The notes beneath the pieces were generated by a model. The model saw only the letters and a list, made by a program, of their open reading frames with translations. It was not told the DNA's origin and made no database searches. Position numbers and translations under genes: made by a program. This document shows, piece by piece, positions 25,001 to 36,790 of a stretch of 64,000 bases of DNA. This DNA is from Octopus sinensis (Eukaryota): assembly GCF_006345805.1 (NCBI RefSeq), contig NC_043018.1, positions 4,402,001 to 4,466,000 on the forward strand. The letters run 5' to 3'. Position 1 is the stretch's first letter. Each line of letters begins with the position of its first letter.

Positions 25001-25539
25001 ACCACAGAGATTAGCCTTCCATATTCTAGTAGTTGGCTGGTGTATATTTAGTCAATCTTAAGATGGATAAAAGATGCAATCAAACTTGGCACAATTCAAA
25101 TTACCAAAACATCTATTTATTTCAGTGTTCTCACTGAAGCACTATGCTTAAAACTTGTAAATAATGTGATAGGTTTGTTTCCCAGAGCAGGCTTGCATAT
25201 ACAAAGATGTTATTGACAATGGTGTGTGTTGTATTCTGTGTAGTGTACAAGTACTCTTGGCTTTCATTGCTGTCTTCCTTTACTTGTCGTATTTCTGCTT
25301 CTTGTCCCCTCTTTTACTCTTTTCTAACAAGTTGTAGTACATTTGAGCACTGTATACAATTAACTTAACATATCACACAAAATACAGCTTCTTTTAGATC
25401 CTTATGTTCTGAGTTCAAATTCTGTTGGGACTGACTTTGCTTTTCACCATTTTGGGGTTGATGAAATAACTACCAGTTGAGCACTCCTTTCCTCTAAACA
25501 TGCTGGCTTTGTACCAAAATTTGAAACCATTATTATTAT

Positions 25540-26082
25540 TGAGTGAGAGAGCAGTGCATACCATCAAAGTGACAGTGGGGTACTAAATATACAAAGCCCA
25601 ACATACCCACCATGACTACCCGTCTGATAAGGGTACACCAAGCACATGCATCACAACCATATATGCATGACATGGTGATCTCATATCAAGATAAACAGCA
25701 CATACCCTTGCAGGTGTGGCCCAGTTAAAATTTATGAGGTCAAGTGGCTCGTTCTGTTCAAAATAAGGGTTGTTTAAGAATGATGAATGAGGCACCTGTG
25801 TTTCCTGGGGTGAATTATTCAAGCTCCAAGAAACCCCTCTCAACACATGGCTATGATGCTCCCCCACTACTCCTACTCATTATCAGAGATGCACATATTG
25901 TCAGCCACTAAGGGACATGCTCAACTGGTTATGGTCAAGCAACTGACAAGCAAATCTGAAATATTGAGCAGAATATTTGCTGTAGCCCATCTTTTATACC
26001 AAAACAAAACATACATGATAACACTTCCAATCAGTTAAGACCAGTAGCAATGAAAGCCACTACTAGGTATTGCATCTGGGCA
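25540..26082 (-). mobile_element. Family C non-coding repeat
   Basis: Reverse complement of 4997-5547; its tail merges with the (ATT)n tail of a family B SINE (about 25405-25540). Confidence 0.8.
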
Positions 26083-26206
26083 TTATTATATTATTATTAT
26101 TATTATTATTATTCAGTAGTTTTATTTTTATAGCGTGCTTTCACTTCACTACCGAGCGTAGCTCTGTGTGCCTTGGGTATGTGCTGTGATTTGTTGTGAT
26201 GCTCTG

Positions 26207-26248
<42 letters not shown>

Positions 26249-26480
26249 TTGGTTTGGCTCAAGTTTGATCATATTCCTGGTAGGAATTAAGTGGCTAGTG
26301 AGTCACTACCTGTATCCTTAAATATCCACAAGTTATCAACAGTCTTTCAAGTGCTTAGAACCCTCCTGATAATCCTTGCTGTCCCTAAAGGGCTCTACTG
26401 GGCATTCTATTCCAAACTCCTTCAACCATTTGTCTATGTCTTTGCTTACTGTCCCCTAACACACCAATTATTATAGGCAT
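26249..26480 (-). mobile_element. 3' end of a second R4/Dong-like LINE
   Basis: Minus strand, frameshifted: MPIIIGVLG.VSKDIDKWLKEFGIECPVE...GTARIIRRVLST*, followed by a UTR and an (AAT)n tail at 26198-26248. Confidence 0.7.
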
Positions 26481-27009
26481 GGCTCTTTACTATTCAGACG
26501 CTTCAAATTCTTCCTATTTCAAATTTTAAGGGATTGTATTTTTTCTTCCTCTTTCTTTATGATCCTCACTTTCCCTTATCTATAATTATGTTTGGTCTAT
26601 CATTTTCTAACTTCTTGCCCATTTTTTAAAAAATTATAACTTTTTATTGCCTTCACAGTGTTAACTGTTTTACAAAATCAAACTAGAAAACTGGACAAAA
26701 CAGAGAACACAATTGAAAAAATTAAAAAGAAAAAAGAAAAAAAAAAAGAGAGATAGAAAAAAGAGAAAAAAGGAAAGAAAAAAACAATTCACCACCTTGG
26801 GTTGAAAAGTTGGGGTCGCTGGGAAACCTTTCTAATGGTTATTGAGACACACCAGCATGTCTGCAACGTTGCCATAGGAGATGGTGAGGCTGATGCGCTA
26901 GAACAGCCAAGGGCCCTTATAAGCATCACCAGTTACCTCTGCAAAGCAAGTTACCATTTGAACAGGAATCTAACTTCTTGGCTGTTTAAATAGGAATTAT
27001 AATTATTAC

Positions 27010-27041
<32 letters not shown>

Positions 27042-27165
27042 GCTGAGGTCAACTTTACCTTTCTTCCTTCTGGGGTCGATAAATTAAGTACCAGTTGACT
27101 GGCTTGATGTAATTGACTTATCCCTGGCCCCAAAATTTTAGGCCTTGAGCCTTTAGTACAAAGGA

Positions 27166-27220
<55 letters not shown>

Positions 27221-30200
27221 TATCATTATTATTTTGTTTCAATTGACTCAAAATTGAATTAAAATCACTTTTCTTCTTCTGAAACACCCAACAAATACGA
27301 AAAGATTCTAGAAACAACATAATTTGGCTGACACTAGATTAAACTTAGAATTTGGAGAAATATTTTACTGATTTATCTGTTGAAAGTAGCTTCATGGCAT
27401 CTGTGTGTGTGTGAGAGAGAGAGAGAAACAGACAGATGGACAGAGAGAATGTTATGTTGCAGTGTTGAAAAATTCTTCTATCCTGCAGTGAATTAAAATT
27501 AGTTTTTTGTAGTTGAAATTTTCAATAGTAAAACCACATTTTGATACATTAACTTGGGAATTTTCAAGAATTTTCAAGATAGTGTAGACATTTTTTTAAT
27601 AAAAATTATCCCGAACTAATTAATAAGAAGCTCTCTTCATTATAGTATATAGATCATTAGATTATAGTATATTCATTGTATTATTACAGATTCAGTTAAT
27701 TTAATTAGTTTAATTATCCAGTGGTTTGGTGATGAGTCTCGTCAAATCTCAAGAATCACAGGATTCTTACAGACTACTGATAAGGTGGCACTTTGCAGCT
27801 TGACAGTTCCAGTATTCTTCAGCCTCTTAGGTAGTAATTTGGGAATTGTGCTGAGAGTATCAACTACCACAGAGACACTGACATGACATCTTCATCATCA
27901 TCTTGTAACGTCCAATGTCCATGGGTTGGACGGTTTGACTAGGGCTGGTATACTGGAAGGCTGCACCAGACTCCAGTCTGATTTCTATGGTTGGATGCCC
28001 TTCCTAATGCCAACCACTCCAAGAATGTAATGGGTGCTTTTAGATGTCACCAGCATGGGTGCCGGTTACATGATGCCAATATTTGCCATGAGTACAATTT
28101 CACTTGGCTTAATGTGTCTTCTCAAGCACAGCATATTGTTTAAGGTCTCAGTCATTTGTCATTGCCTCCAAGAAGCCCACTGCTACAAAAGTGTTTTTAG
28201 CCTCCATGAGGCCCAACACTTATAAGGTGCATTTTATGTGCCACCAGAACAGTCCCACTGCACAGTACCTTGGACAAGTGTCTCCCTCTATGACTTTGGG
28301 CTGACCAAAGCTTTGTGGGTGGATGTGGTAGATGGAAACTGCAAGAAGCCCATTGTATGTGTGTGTGTGTATGTGTATCTGTGTGTGTGTGTGTGTGTGT
28401 TTATGTTTGGTCCCCACCACCACTTAACAACCAGTGTTGGTGTGTTTATGTCCTTATAACTTAGTGGTTCTGCAAAAAAGATGATAGAATAAGTAACAAG
28501 TTTTAAAATAGACAAGTACTTTGGTTGATTCATTTGACTAAAAAGAAATTCAAGGCCCCAACATGGCAACAGTCTAATGACTGAAAGAAGTATACATATA
28601 TATACATATATATATATAATGGATGTCAAAATTTAACTGACAATGTTGTTTACTTTTGCTTTCACTCGTACAAGAAATATATTAGTATTTTCTCTTCAAC
28701 ATGAAAGAAAAAAACATAACTTGCAATAAACTGTTTTATTCTTTAAAACTCTCAAAAGTTTATCAGTAATTTATGAGTAGGATCCCAGGTCTCCTCCATT
28801 AGCTACGACAGGCTTGGCTAAGCAGTTAGGACGACATTGGCTTCATAATCACAAGTTTCCAGATTTGGACCAATTGTATGAAACCTTGGGCAAGTGTCTT
28901 TTACTCTGACCTCAAGTCAACCCAAGTTAAATTGTCAGTAAAATGGCAAATCAACAGCAAACTAGCAGAGTGGTTGGAGTGTTTAAATAGAATGCTGTGC
29001 AGTATTTGCTCTGAAACATCAGTGTTCTGTGTTCAAATTCCACTGAGGTTAACTTTGTCTTTCTTTCTTCTGGAGATGATAAAAAAAAAAGGTTCCAATC
29101 CAAGATGGTGGACTAACAGAACTGTAAGAATGTTGGGTTGGATGCCTTGGAGCATTTTCTCCAACACCTTGCATTCTAAGTTCAAATCCTGCTATGGCCT
29201 ACATGGGTGGTAGATGTAATGTATTGCCCCCCCCCCCGCTTCCATCTAGCACCTTGGATACCTTTAGCAGAATGTGTTGCATTAGGGCCAGGTTTCCACT
29301 TTGAGGACACCTCCCTCCCACCAGTCTTAGAGGTTCTGCAAAGGGTCAAGGCACTGCCTTCATTCCTGACTGAAAGATAATAGAAAAAAGCAAACAAAAG
29401 ATAGAAATTTTGTAGAAACCCATCGGATGGATTGTAACTGCAATCCAAAGGTCCAGCATTTTCCCGTTTTGTGCCACAGTGATTCGACCAGAGAATTCTG
29501 TTAAGGCTACATGTGTTTGTGGTACATTTTGTCTCTCATCTGTAATACAGCCACATTAATAAATGCAGAGCAAGTATTGGATATATTTAAAAATAAAAAG
29601 TGCGTCTTATATGCCGGCAATACAGTAGATAATTCAGTGGACAAAACAACAGAAAGCTCATTGCTGTTGAAATCAACAGATGCCTATCATTCCATAACTG
29701 TCAAACTAGGTTTTCAGTTTAAGATATTAACATTCAGATACCCATTAGCAGCACACTGAAGAAAGATTACACTCTAAGAGACTTCTATGCCATAGTAATC
29801 ATTTCAATGTGTCTGCGATCAGGTTGGTTCTCTCTGATCAACCATTCAGTCATTTATAAAGTTGTCAGATGTGCAACTTGAGCAAGACTGAATCAAGAGA
29901 CCAAATTACTGATAATAAATCAGTCGATTATATTATAAGTCACATAGCAAGTAAAAATGAGAATGTTTAAAAATGTGAGTGAATCAGTAATAGAAGATTT
30001 CTGTTCATCTTCCATTGACATTCTTTTTTTACTATTTTTCAAAAGTTTTTTCAAAAGTTTTTTCAACCAAGCAACAGTCACATTATTCAATCTTCATTTT
30101 CCCTCCATTTTCAGCTCACAGAATTTTCAAGTCAGAATTTCCACAATTTGGTCAATGGTGCAGAGTATCATAAACTGTGTGTTAACCCTTTCTAAGTCAG

Positions 30201-30273
30201 TTCCTAATATAACCAAACATGAAATAGACATTCGGAAGAATAAAAGAAACTGTAAGAAAAATATTCAACTTAC

Positions 30274-30317
30274 CAAGGCTTCTGCCTTTAACTGTAAATC
30301 TGTTAATTCAACATTAC
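30274..30317 (-). CDS. VPS13: VPS13-family coding exon (most 5' exon found): (G)NVELTDLQLKAEAL
   Basis: 44 nt; tcatattttAG acceptor, GTAAGT donor; phase 1 in, phase 0 out. Peptide matches the chorein N-terminus (cf. GNVALDNLQIKENAL of VPS13C). Joins in frame to the 19869 exon. Confidence 0.93.
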
Positions 30318-31758
30318 CTAAAATATGAGAAACAAAGACTATCAGAATGAATTATGGACAGGCACACATATACACATCATCATCATCATCAACAACAACA
30401 TTTAGCCATGGTAAAATGCACCTAACCACCCTGTAAAAATGGTTGATGAACAAATGGAAACAATGTGGTGTAGAGAGAAATCTTGTAAAAGACATAGAAG
30501 CCTCACTGTGCTGGTGCAGTGATAAAATGCATCCAGTGCACTCTGTAAAGTGAGTGGTGTTAGAAAGTGTATTTTTCTGTAGAAACGATACCTGGTGATG
30601 GATATGAAGAAGACAGGTCCCTCTCTGAATAGGATGGCCATCAGATGTTTTATGAAACTGTGGAACGTGACTTTTGTCCTTCAGTAGAAACTGTTGATAC
30701 CTATTTGCTTACCCTTGCAAGGATGGAAAATGGTTAATATTCTGTCAAACTTTGCTTTTGTGACATTTGTTCAAATTCCAAAGAATCCCTCTCAACATAT
30801 GGCTATGATGCTCTACAACTACTTCTGCTCATGATCAGAGATAGTCAGCCACTAAGGGACATGTTCAAGTGATTGAGGTCTAACAACTGACAAGCAAATA
30901 GGTTGCATTGAGCAGAATATTTGCTATAACGATATTTTGGCTTCAGCAACTCAGTGCTGAATCTCTCTGAAATGTTTCCAAACATTGATGTCCAGGTCAC
31001 AAAAGCAAAGTTTGAAGGGAATAGTGGTCATTTCCTTTGGTTTCTAGATTGAAGCAAGAGGAAAATAACACTTACTGGCCAAAACAAAAAAAAAACCCAA
31101 ATAAAACAAAATAATAATTTTGTTACACAGTGTTATTGGATGTATACATAGAACAAGTCTACATTCTAATTGGGAATCTTTATTTTTAAACTGAAGAAAA
31201 AGACATCTGATAATGATCAGAGATCAAACTGGGTAAAACAGTGAAGATATAAATATTTTTCAGATATTTCATCTCTTAAAAGGAAATTAATAGTTTGCAA
31301 TAATTACAGTCTTATTAGCTAAGTACCTTTACCAGGTACAAAGTAAAACTATGTATCGTATATCAATCTATACACAATTATCCTCAATCTTTATGTTTCA
31401 ATTAAAATTGGAAGATTTCTATGTAAAATTACAAGACTTTTATCTATCTCACACATTTCAGTAAACATTTATTTATATCAAAGCACATCAGGATTTCTTC
31501 TTAAATAGTCTCATTGAAAAGCAATTTTTATGTCTGAATCACATCGGTGACTTGTGATTCTAATTGCGACATAGAGCTTGTAAATAATTGCATGTAGATT
31601 GGTGTACGATACACAGTTTAGCTTTGTATTGGTAATGGTACTTACTACAGAGTTAACAAGACTATAAATACATTAAAATCACAAAACACCTGTGTGTGTC
31701 TAGCTGAGACACAAATGTCTTTGTACCTAGTAAAGGTACTTATTACTGAGTTAATTAT

Positions 31759-31804
<46 letters not shown>

Positions 31805-31864
31805 TATATAAATTTATACATGTACATACATATATTTATTTTTACACAAATATACATATATACA

Positions 31865-32060
31865 TATGTGACCGCGTGTGTATCGTTGGTGATTTTCTTT
31901 CCCTCCGTCTTCCCTTCCTTGGACCTTTCCTTTTCCTATGTTTCTGACGAAGAGCTCCACTCGAAACGTTAAATCCTCCTTCTTTCTTTCCTTTCCTGAG
32001 TGCCCAATAACACTATATTTGTTCCACATCCTCGCGTTGTTGTGTTTTCTCTCTGTTCAT
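31865..32060 (+). mobile_element. Solo Penelope-like pLTR fragment
   Basis: Short pyrimidine-rich repeat between TA tracts, carrying a minimal hammerhead motif. Confidence 0.6.
31941..31973 (+). ncRNA. Minimal type I hammerhead ribozyme motif
   Basis: ttt-CTGACGA-a-GAG ctcca CTC-GAAAC GTT-aaa; stem I ttt/aaa; palindromic AACGTT stem III as in PLE hammerheads. Confidence 0.7.
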
Positions 32061-32105
32061 GTTTGGATTATACAATATATATTATATAGATATATATATA
32101 TATAA

Positions 32106-32141
<36 letters not shown>

Positions 32142-32143
<2 letters not shown>

Positions 32144-33055
32144 ATCATCATCATCATCATTTAACGTCCGCTTTCCATGCTAGCATGGGTTGGACGGTTC
32201 AACTGGGGTCTGGGGAGCCCGAAAGCTGCACCAGTCCAGTCAGATCTGGCAGTGTTTCTACAGCTGGATGCCCTTCCTAACGCCAACCACTCCGAGAGTG
32301 TAGTGGGTGATTTTATGTGCCACCGACACAGGTGCCAGACGAGGCTGGCAGACGGCCACGCTCGGATGGTGTTTTTATGTGCCACCGACACAGGTGCCAG
32401 ATGAGGCTGGCAAACGGCCACGATCGGATGGTGTTTGTTACGTGCCCACAGCACGGAGGCCAGTCGATGTGGTACTGGCTACGGCCACGTTCGGATGGTT
32501 TTCTTGTGTGCCACGTGCCACCGGCACTGGTACCACAAAGATACAAATTCCATTGATGTTCATCTATTTTGATTTGTTTTGATTTTCACTTGCCTCAACA
32601 GGTCTTCGGTCTTCACAAGTGTCACAAGAAGGAAGGTATGCACAGGTGGACTGACTACGTCCCAGGTAGGGGCCACAGGTTATGGCCTGACTAGTCTTGC
32701 CGGGTCTTCGGATGGTGTTTTTATGTGCCACCGACACAGGTGCCAGATGAGGCTGGCGAACGGCCACGATCGGATGGTGTTTGTTACGTGCCCACAGCAC
32801 GGAGGCCAGTCGGTGCGGTACTGGCTACGGCCACATTCGGATGGTTTTCTTGTGTGCCACCGGCACTGGTACCACAAAGATACAATTCCATTAATGTTCA
32901 TCTATTTTGATTTGTTTTGATTTGATTTGTTTTGATTTCATTTTGATTTTCACTTGCCTCAACAGGCCTTCACAAGTATCACAAGGAGGAAGGTATGCAC
33001 AGGTGGACTGACTACGTCCCAGGTAGGGGCCATGGGATATGGCCTGACTAGTCTT
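32142..33055 (-). mobile_element. RTE-LINE 3' UTR-derived element with internal tandem units
   Basis: (ATG)n tail at the 32142 end; one ~61-bp unit and two ~330-bp units. Near-identical to the reverse complement of 33820-35068. Confidence 0.85.
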
Positions 33056-33120
33056 ATATATATATATGAAAAAACAAGTCAAAAATAGAAAATGCTAAAA
33101 TAATTTTATAGTGAACATTT

Positions 33121-33158
33121 CAGTACCGGTTTCGGTCATTTTGAGACCTTTTCAACTG
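33121..33158 (-). ncRNA. Minimal hammerhead ribozyme motif with U3-A8 core variant
   Basis: cag-TTGAAAA-GGTC tcaaaat GACC-GAAA-CCGG-TA-ctg; stem I cag/ctg, 4-bp stem II, palindromic ACCGGT stem III, GUA cleavage triplet. Confidence 0.7.
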
Positions 33159-33819
33159 TAACGATTAAATAATTTAATTTAGAAAAATTAGAAGAAAAGT
33201 TTTTTTAAAGGAATATTTCCATAGTAGTGTTCAGATATAAGTGGCATTCTGCCTTTCTCTGACTCCCTTGTTTGCACTTGTGTGTTAGAGGTCGTTGTGA
33301 GTTCTTGGTAGAGTAGTAGAAGAAGAAGGCTGATGAGGAAAGGGGGTGGGAAAATCTGGGAGTGCCCTGATGGTCGTATTTTGAATGGTCAGTGGCAGCT
33401 AGCAGTCGCAGTTCAATTCAGGAGAATATTTCTATTGAAAGGCTTGTTTATGGAATTTGCGTAGGTGTTATACTAAAAAACATTAGTGACAAAGTTAAGG
33501 GGTAGAAGGTGGAGAAGTAGAAGAAGAAGAAGAAGAAGAAGAAGAAGAAGATGACGATGTTGATGATGATGATGATGAAGAAGAAGAAGAAGGAGGAGGA
33601 GAAGATGATGATGATGATGATGGTGGTGATGATGATGACGACGATGATGATGATAATGATGATGATGAAGAGGAAGAGGAAGAAAAAACAGAGAAGGGAG
33701 AATATGAATGGGTGAAAGTAGTGAGGTGTTGTATGACTTGAAGTTGGCATGTTATGGAGTATAGCTGTGATTGGGGCTGATTAGTAATGGATTCTTTGGA
33801 ATGTAATATTTGTGTGTGT

Positions 33820-35068
33820 CACCTGTGCATACCTTCCTTCTTGTGACACTTGTGAAGACCTGTTGAGGCAAGTGAAAATCAAATCAAATCAAATCAAAAT
33901 AGATGAACATCAATGGAATTTGTATCTTTGTGGTACCAGTGCCTGTGGCACACAAGAAATCCATCCGAACGTGGCCGTAGTCAGTACCGCATCGGCTGGC
34001 CATCGTGCTGTGGGCACATAACAAACACCATCCGATCGTGGCCGTTCGCCAGCCTCATCTGGCACCTGTGTCAGTGGCACATAAAAACACCATCCGAAGA
34101 CCCGGCAAGACTAGTCAGGCCATAACCTGTGGCCCCTACCTGGGACGTAGTCAGTCCACCTGTGCATACCTTCCTCCTTGTGATACTTGTGAAGGCCTGT
34201 TGAGGCAAGTGAAAATCAAAATGAAATCAAAACAAATCAAATCAAATCAAATCAAAACAAATCAAAATAGATGAACATTAATGGAATTGTATCTTTGTGG
34301 TACCAGTGCCGGTGGCACACAAGAAAACCATCCGAACGTGGCCGTAGCCAGTACCACACCGACTGGCCTCCGTGCTGTGGGCACGTAACAAACACCATCC
34401 GATCGTGGCCGTTCGCCAGCCTCATCTGGCACCTGTGTCGGTGGCACATAAAAACACCATCCGAAGACCCGGCAAGACTAGTCAGGCCATAACCTGTGGC
34501 CCCTACCTGGGACGTAGTCAGTCCACCTGTGCATACCTTCCTTCTTGTGACACTTGTGAAGACCTGTTGAGGCAAGTGAAAATCAAAACAAATCAAAATA
34601 GATGAACATCAATGGAATTTGTATCTTGTGGCACGTGGCACACAAGAAAACCATCCGAACGTGGCCGTAGCCAGTACCGCATCGACTGGCCTCCGTGCTG
34701 TGGGCACGTAACAAACACCATCCGATCGTGGCCGTTTGCCAGCCTCATCTGGCACCTGTGTCGGTGGCACATAAAAACACCATCCGAGCGTGGCCGTCTG
34801 CCAGCCTCGTCTGGCACCTGTGTCGGTGGCACATAAAAAACACCATCCGAGCGTGGCCGTTTGCCAGCCTCGTCTGGCACCTGTGTCGGTGGCACATAAA
34901 ATCACCCACTACACTCTCGGAGTGGTTGGCGTTAGGAAGGGCATCCAGCTGTAGAAACACTGCCAGATCTGACTGGACTGGTGCAGCTTTCGGGCTCCCC
35001 AGACCCCAGTTGAACCGTCCAACCCATGCTAGCATGGAAAGCGGACGTTAAATGATGATGATGATGAT
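33820..35068 (+). mobile_element. RTE-LINE 3' UTR-derived element with tandem units, nested in the Penelope-like element
   Basis: (ATG)n tail at 35068; two ~61-bp units and nearly three ~330-bp units. Inserted about 25 nt after the PLE stop codon. Confidence 0.85.
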
Positions 35069-35094
35069 TTCTTTTATTCTAAAGTTGAGGTATA

Positions 35095-36322
35095 TTAATT
35101 GTTTGTCGTAGACCCGTTAAGAAGTGGCCTGTATTTTGTAATAAAGAGAGTTTCTTTACTTATTCGTTGTCTCGAGGTTGTATCGTCCATAAATTGGTAG
35201 AGGGGGAAAATCCTGAAGCTTGGTGTTTTTTTGTTGGCGCAAGTATCTATGTGTTGGCTAAAAGCTATTTTTCTGTTTTGGGGAATTTTTATCTGGGATC
35301 TGTGCAGGGCCATTCGTTTACGCAAACTATTTTTTGTTTGGCCTATGTACTGCTCTTGACACTCAGAGCAGGTTAGTGAGTATATTAGGTTCTCCGAAGC
35401 ACATGTGAAGTTGCTTTTCACTGTAAACCGTTGTCCCTGTTTGAAGGAGAACTCAGAACCCTCGATTAGATAGTCGCATATCCCACAATTGGGTCTTCCA
35501 CATTTTTTTACTGTCGGCTTCTGTGTTGAAGAGTGAATTCGGGCTTGTGTTAGGAGACTTTTCATGGATTTAGGCTGTCTCTTGCTTTTTATGATCGTGT
35601 GTGTTTGGAGGATTGTGTTCATTCTGTGGTCTTTTTTTAGGAGGGGTATGTTGTGGAGGATGGTGCCGAAGGCTTCGTTATTGAGAGGGTTGTGTGTGGA
35701 GATGTATGGTAAGGCTTTTGGTTGTAAGTTTTTCTTTGATTTGGGATGTCTCAGTTCCTTGATGTTAAGTTGAAGGGCACGTTGAATGCACTTGTCAATA
35801 AGTGAAGGTGGATAGTTCCTGGTGATAAGGGTATCTTTTAGTTCTTGTAGTCATGTGTCTCTGGTGTTTGCGTTAGAGACTATAGTGCATATCCTTTTTG
35901 CTAGATTGAAGGGGATATTCATCCTGGTGTGTCTGGGGTGGCATGAATTGAATGGAAGATATTGCTTAGAGTCTGTAGGCTTATAATATATGTCTGTTTC
36001 TATTATATTATTAGCTTTCTTAATGAGGATATCGAGGAAAGGGGAGTTGTTGCTGGCTATATTCCATCGTGAATTGGATGTTTACGTCCAGTCCGTTTAA
36101 AATTTCCTGGAATTCTATGAGTTTTTCTATATTTTTATGCCAAAGAATGAAACAGTCATCTAGATATCTCTTCCAGTTGTTTTCTATGTAGATGGAGAAA
36201 GGGCTGCCATATCTTTCTAGAACCTTACGATACAGACTGATCTCTAGATATCCTATGACTAGTTTGGCAAAGGAGGGGGCCATTCGTGTACCAATCGCAG
36301 TCCCCGATTTTTGTCAGTAGAA
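35095..36322 (-). pseudogene. Penelope-like RT + GIY-YIG endonuclease ORF, disrupted
   Basis: Motifs GTRMAPSFA, RYLDDCF, YLPFNSCHP, linker CGRPNCGIC and NLIYSLTCSECQEQYIGQT. Frameshifts near 36300 and 36040, in-frame TGA near 35850, 5' truncation within RT. Confidence 0.92.
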
Positions 36323-36578
36323 GTTGAACTGCGACTGCTAGCCGCCACTGACCATTCAAAATACGACCATCAGGGCACTCCCAGATTTTCCCACCCCCTT
36401 TCTTCATCAGCCTTCTTCTTCTACTAGCCTACCAAGAACTCACAACGACCTCCAACACACAAGTGCAAACAAGGGAGTCAGAGAAAGGCAGAATGCCACT
36501 TATATCTGAACACTACTATAGAAATATTCCTAAAAAAACTTTTCTTCTAATTTTTCTAAATTAATTATTTAATCGTTA

Positions 36579-36614
36579 CAGTTGAAAAGGTCTCAAATGA
36601 CCGAAACGGTACTG
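36579..36614 (+). ncRNA. Second copy of the U3-A8 hammerhead motif (inverted pLTR), with one C of stem III missing
   Basis: cag-TTGAAAA-GGTC tcaaat GACC-GAAA-CGG-TA-ctg. Confidence 0.55.
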
Positions 36615-36705
36615 AAATGTTCACTGTAAAATTATTTTAGCATTTTCTATTTTTGACTTGTTTTTTCATATATATCAACTCGTGTGTTCCTCTTCACCCT
36701 TATAC

Positions 36706-36750
<45 letters not shown>

Positions 36751-36790
36751 TACACACATATATATATAAATTTATACATGTACATATATA

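Larger units (their letters stand above)
33056..36676 (-). mobile_element. 5'-truncated Penelope-like element (Neptune-like) with an inverted pLTR at its 5' end, interrupted by an RTE-derived insertion
   Basis: RT + GIY-YIG remnant at 36322->35095; 3' UTR/pLTR at about 33820->33056. 36324-36676 is the reverse complement of about 33056-33416. Confidence 0.9.

Noticed and set aside
32161-35051. Many overlapping 60-118 aa ORFs and a superficially CRISPR-like periodicity
   Set aside because: The units are contiguous tandem copies of an RTE 3' UTR with no unique spacers and no cas genes, in eukaryotic DNA. The ORFs occur in several frames on both strands.
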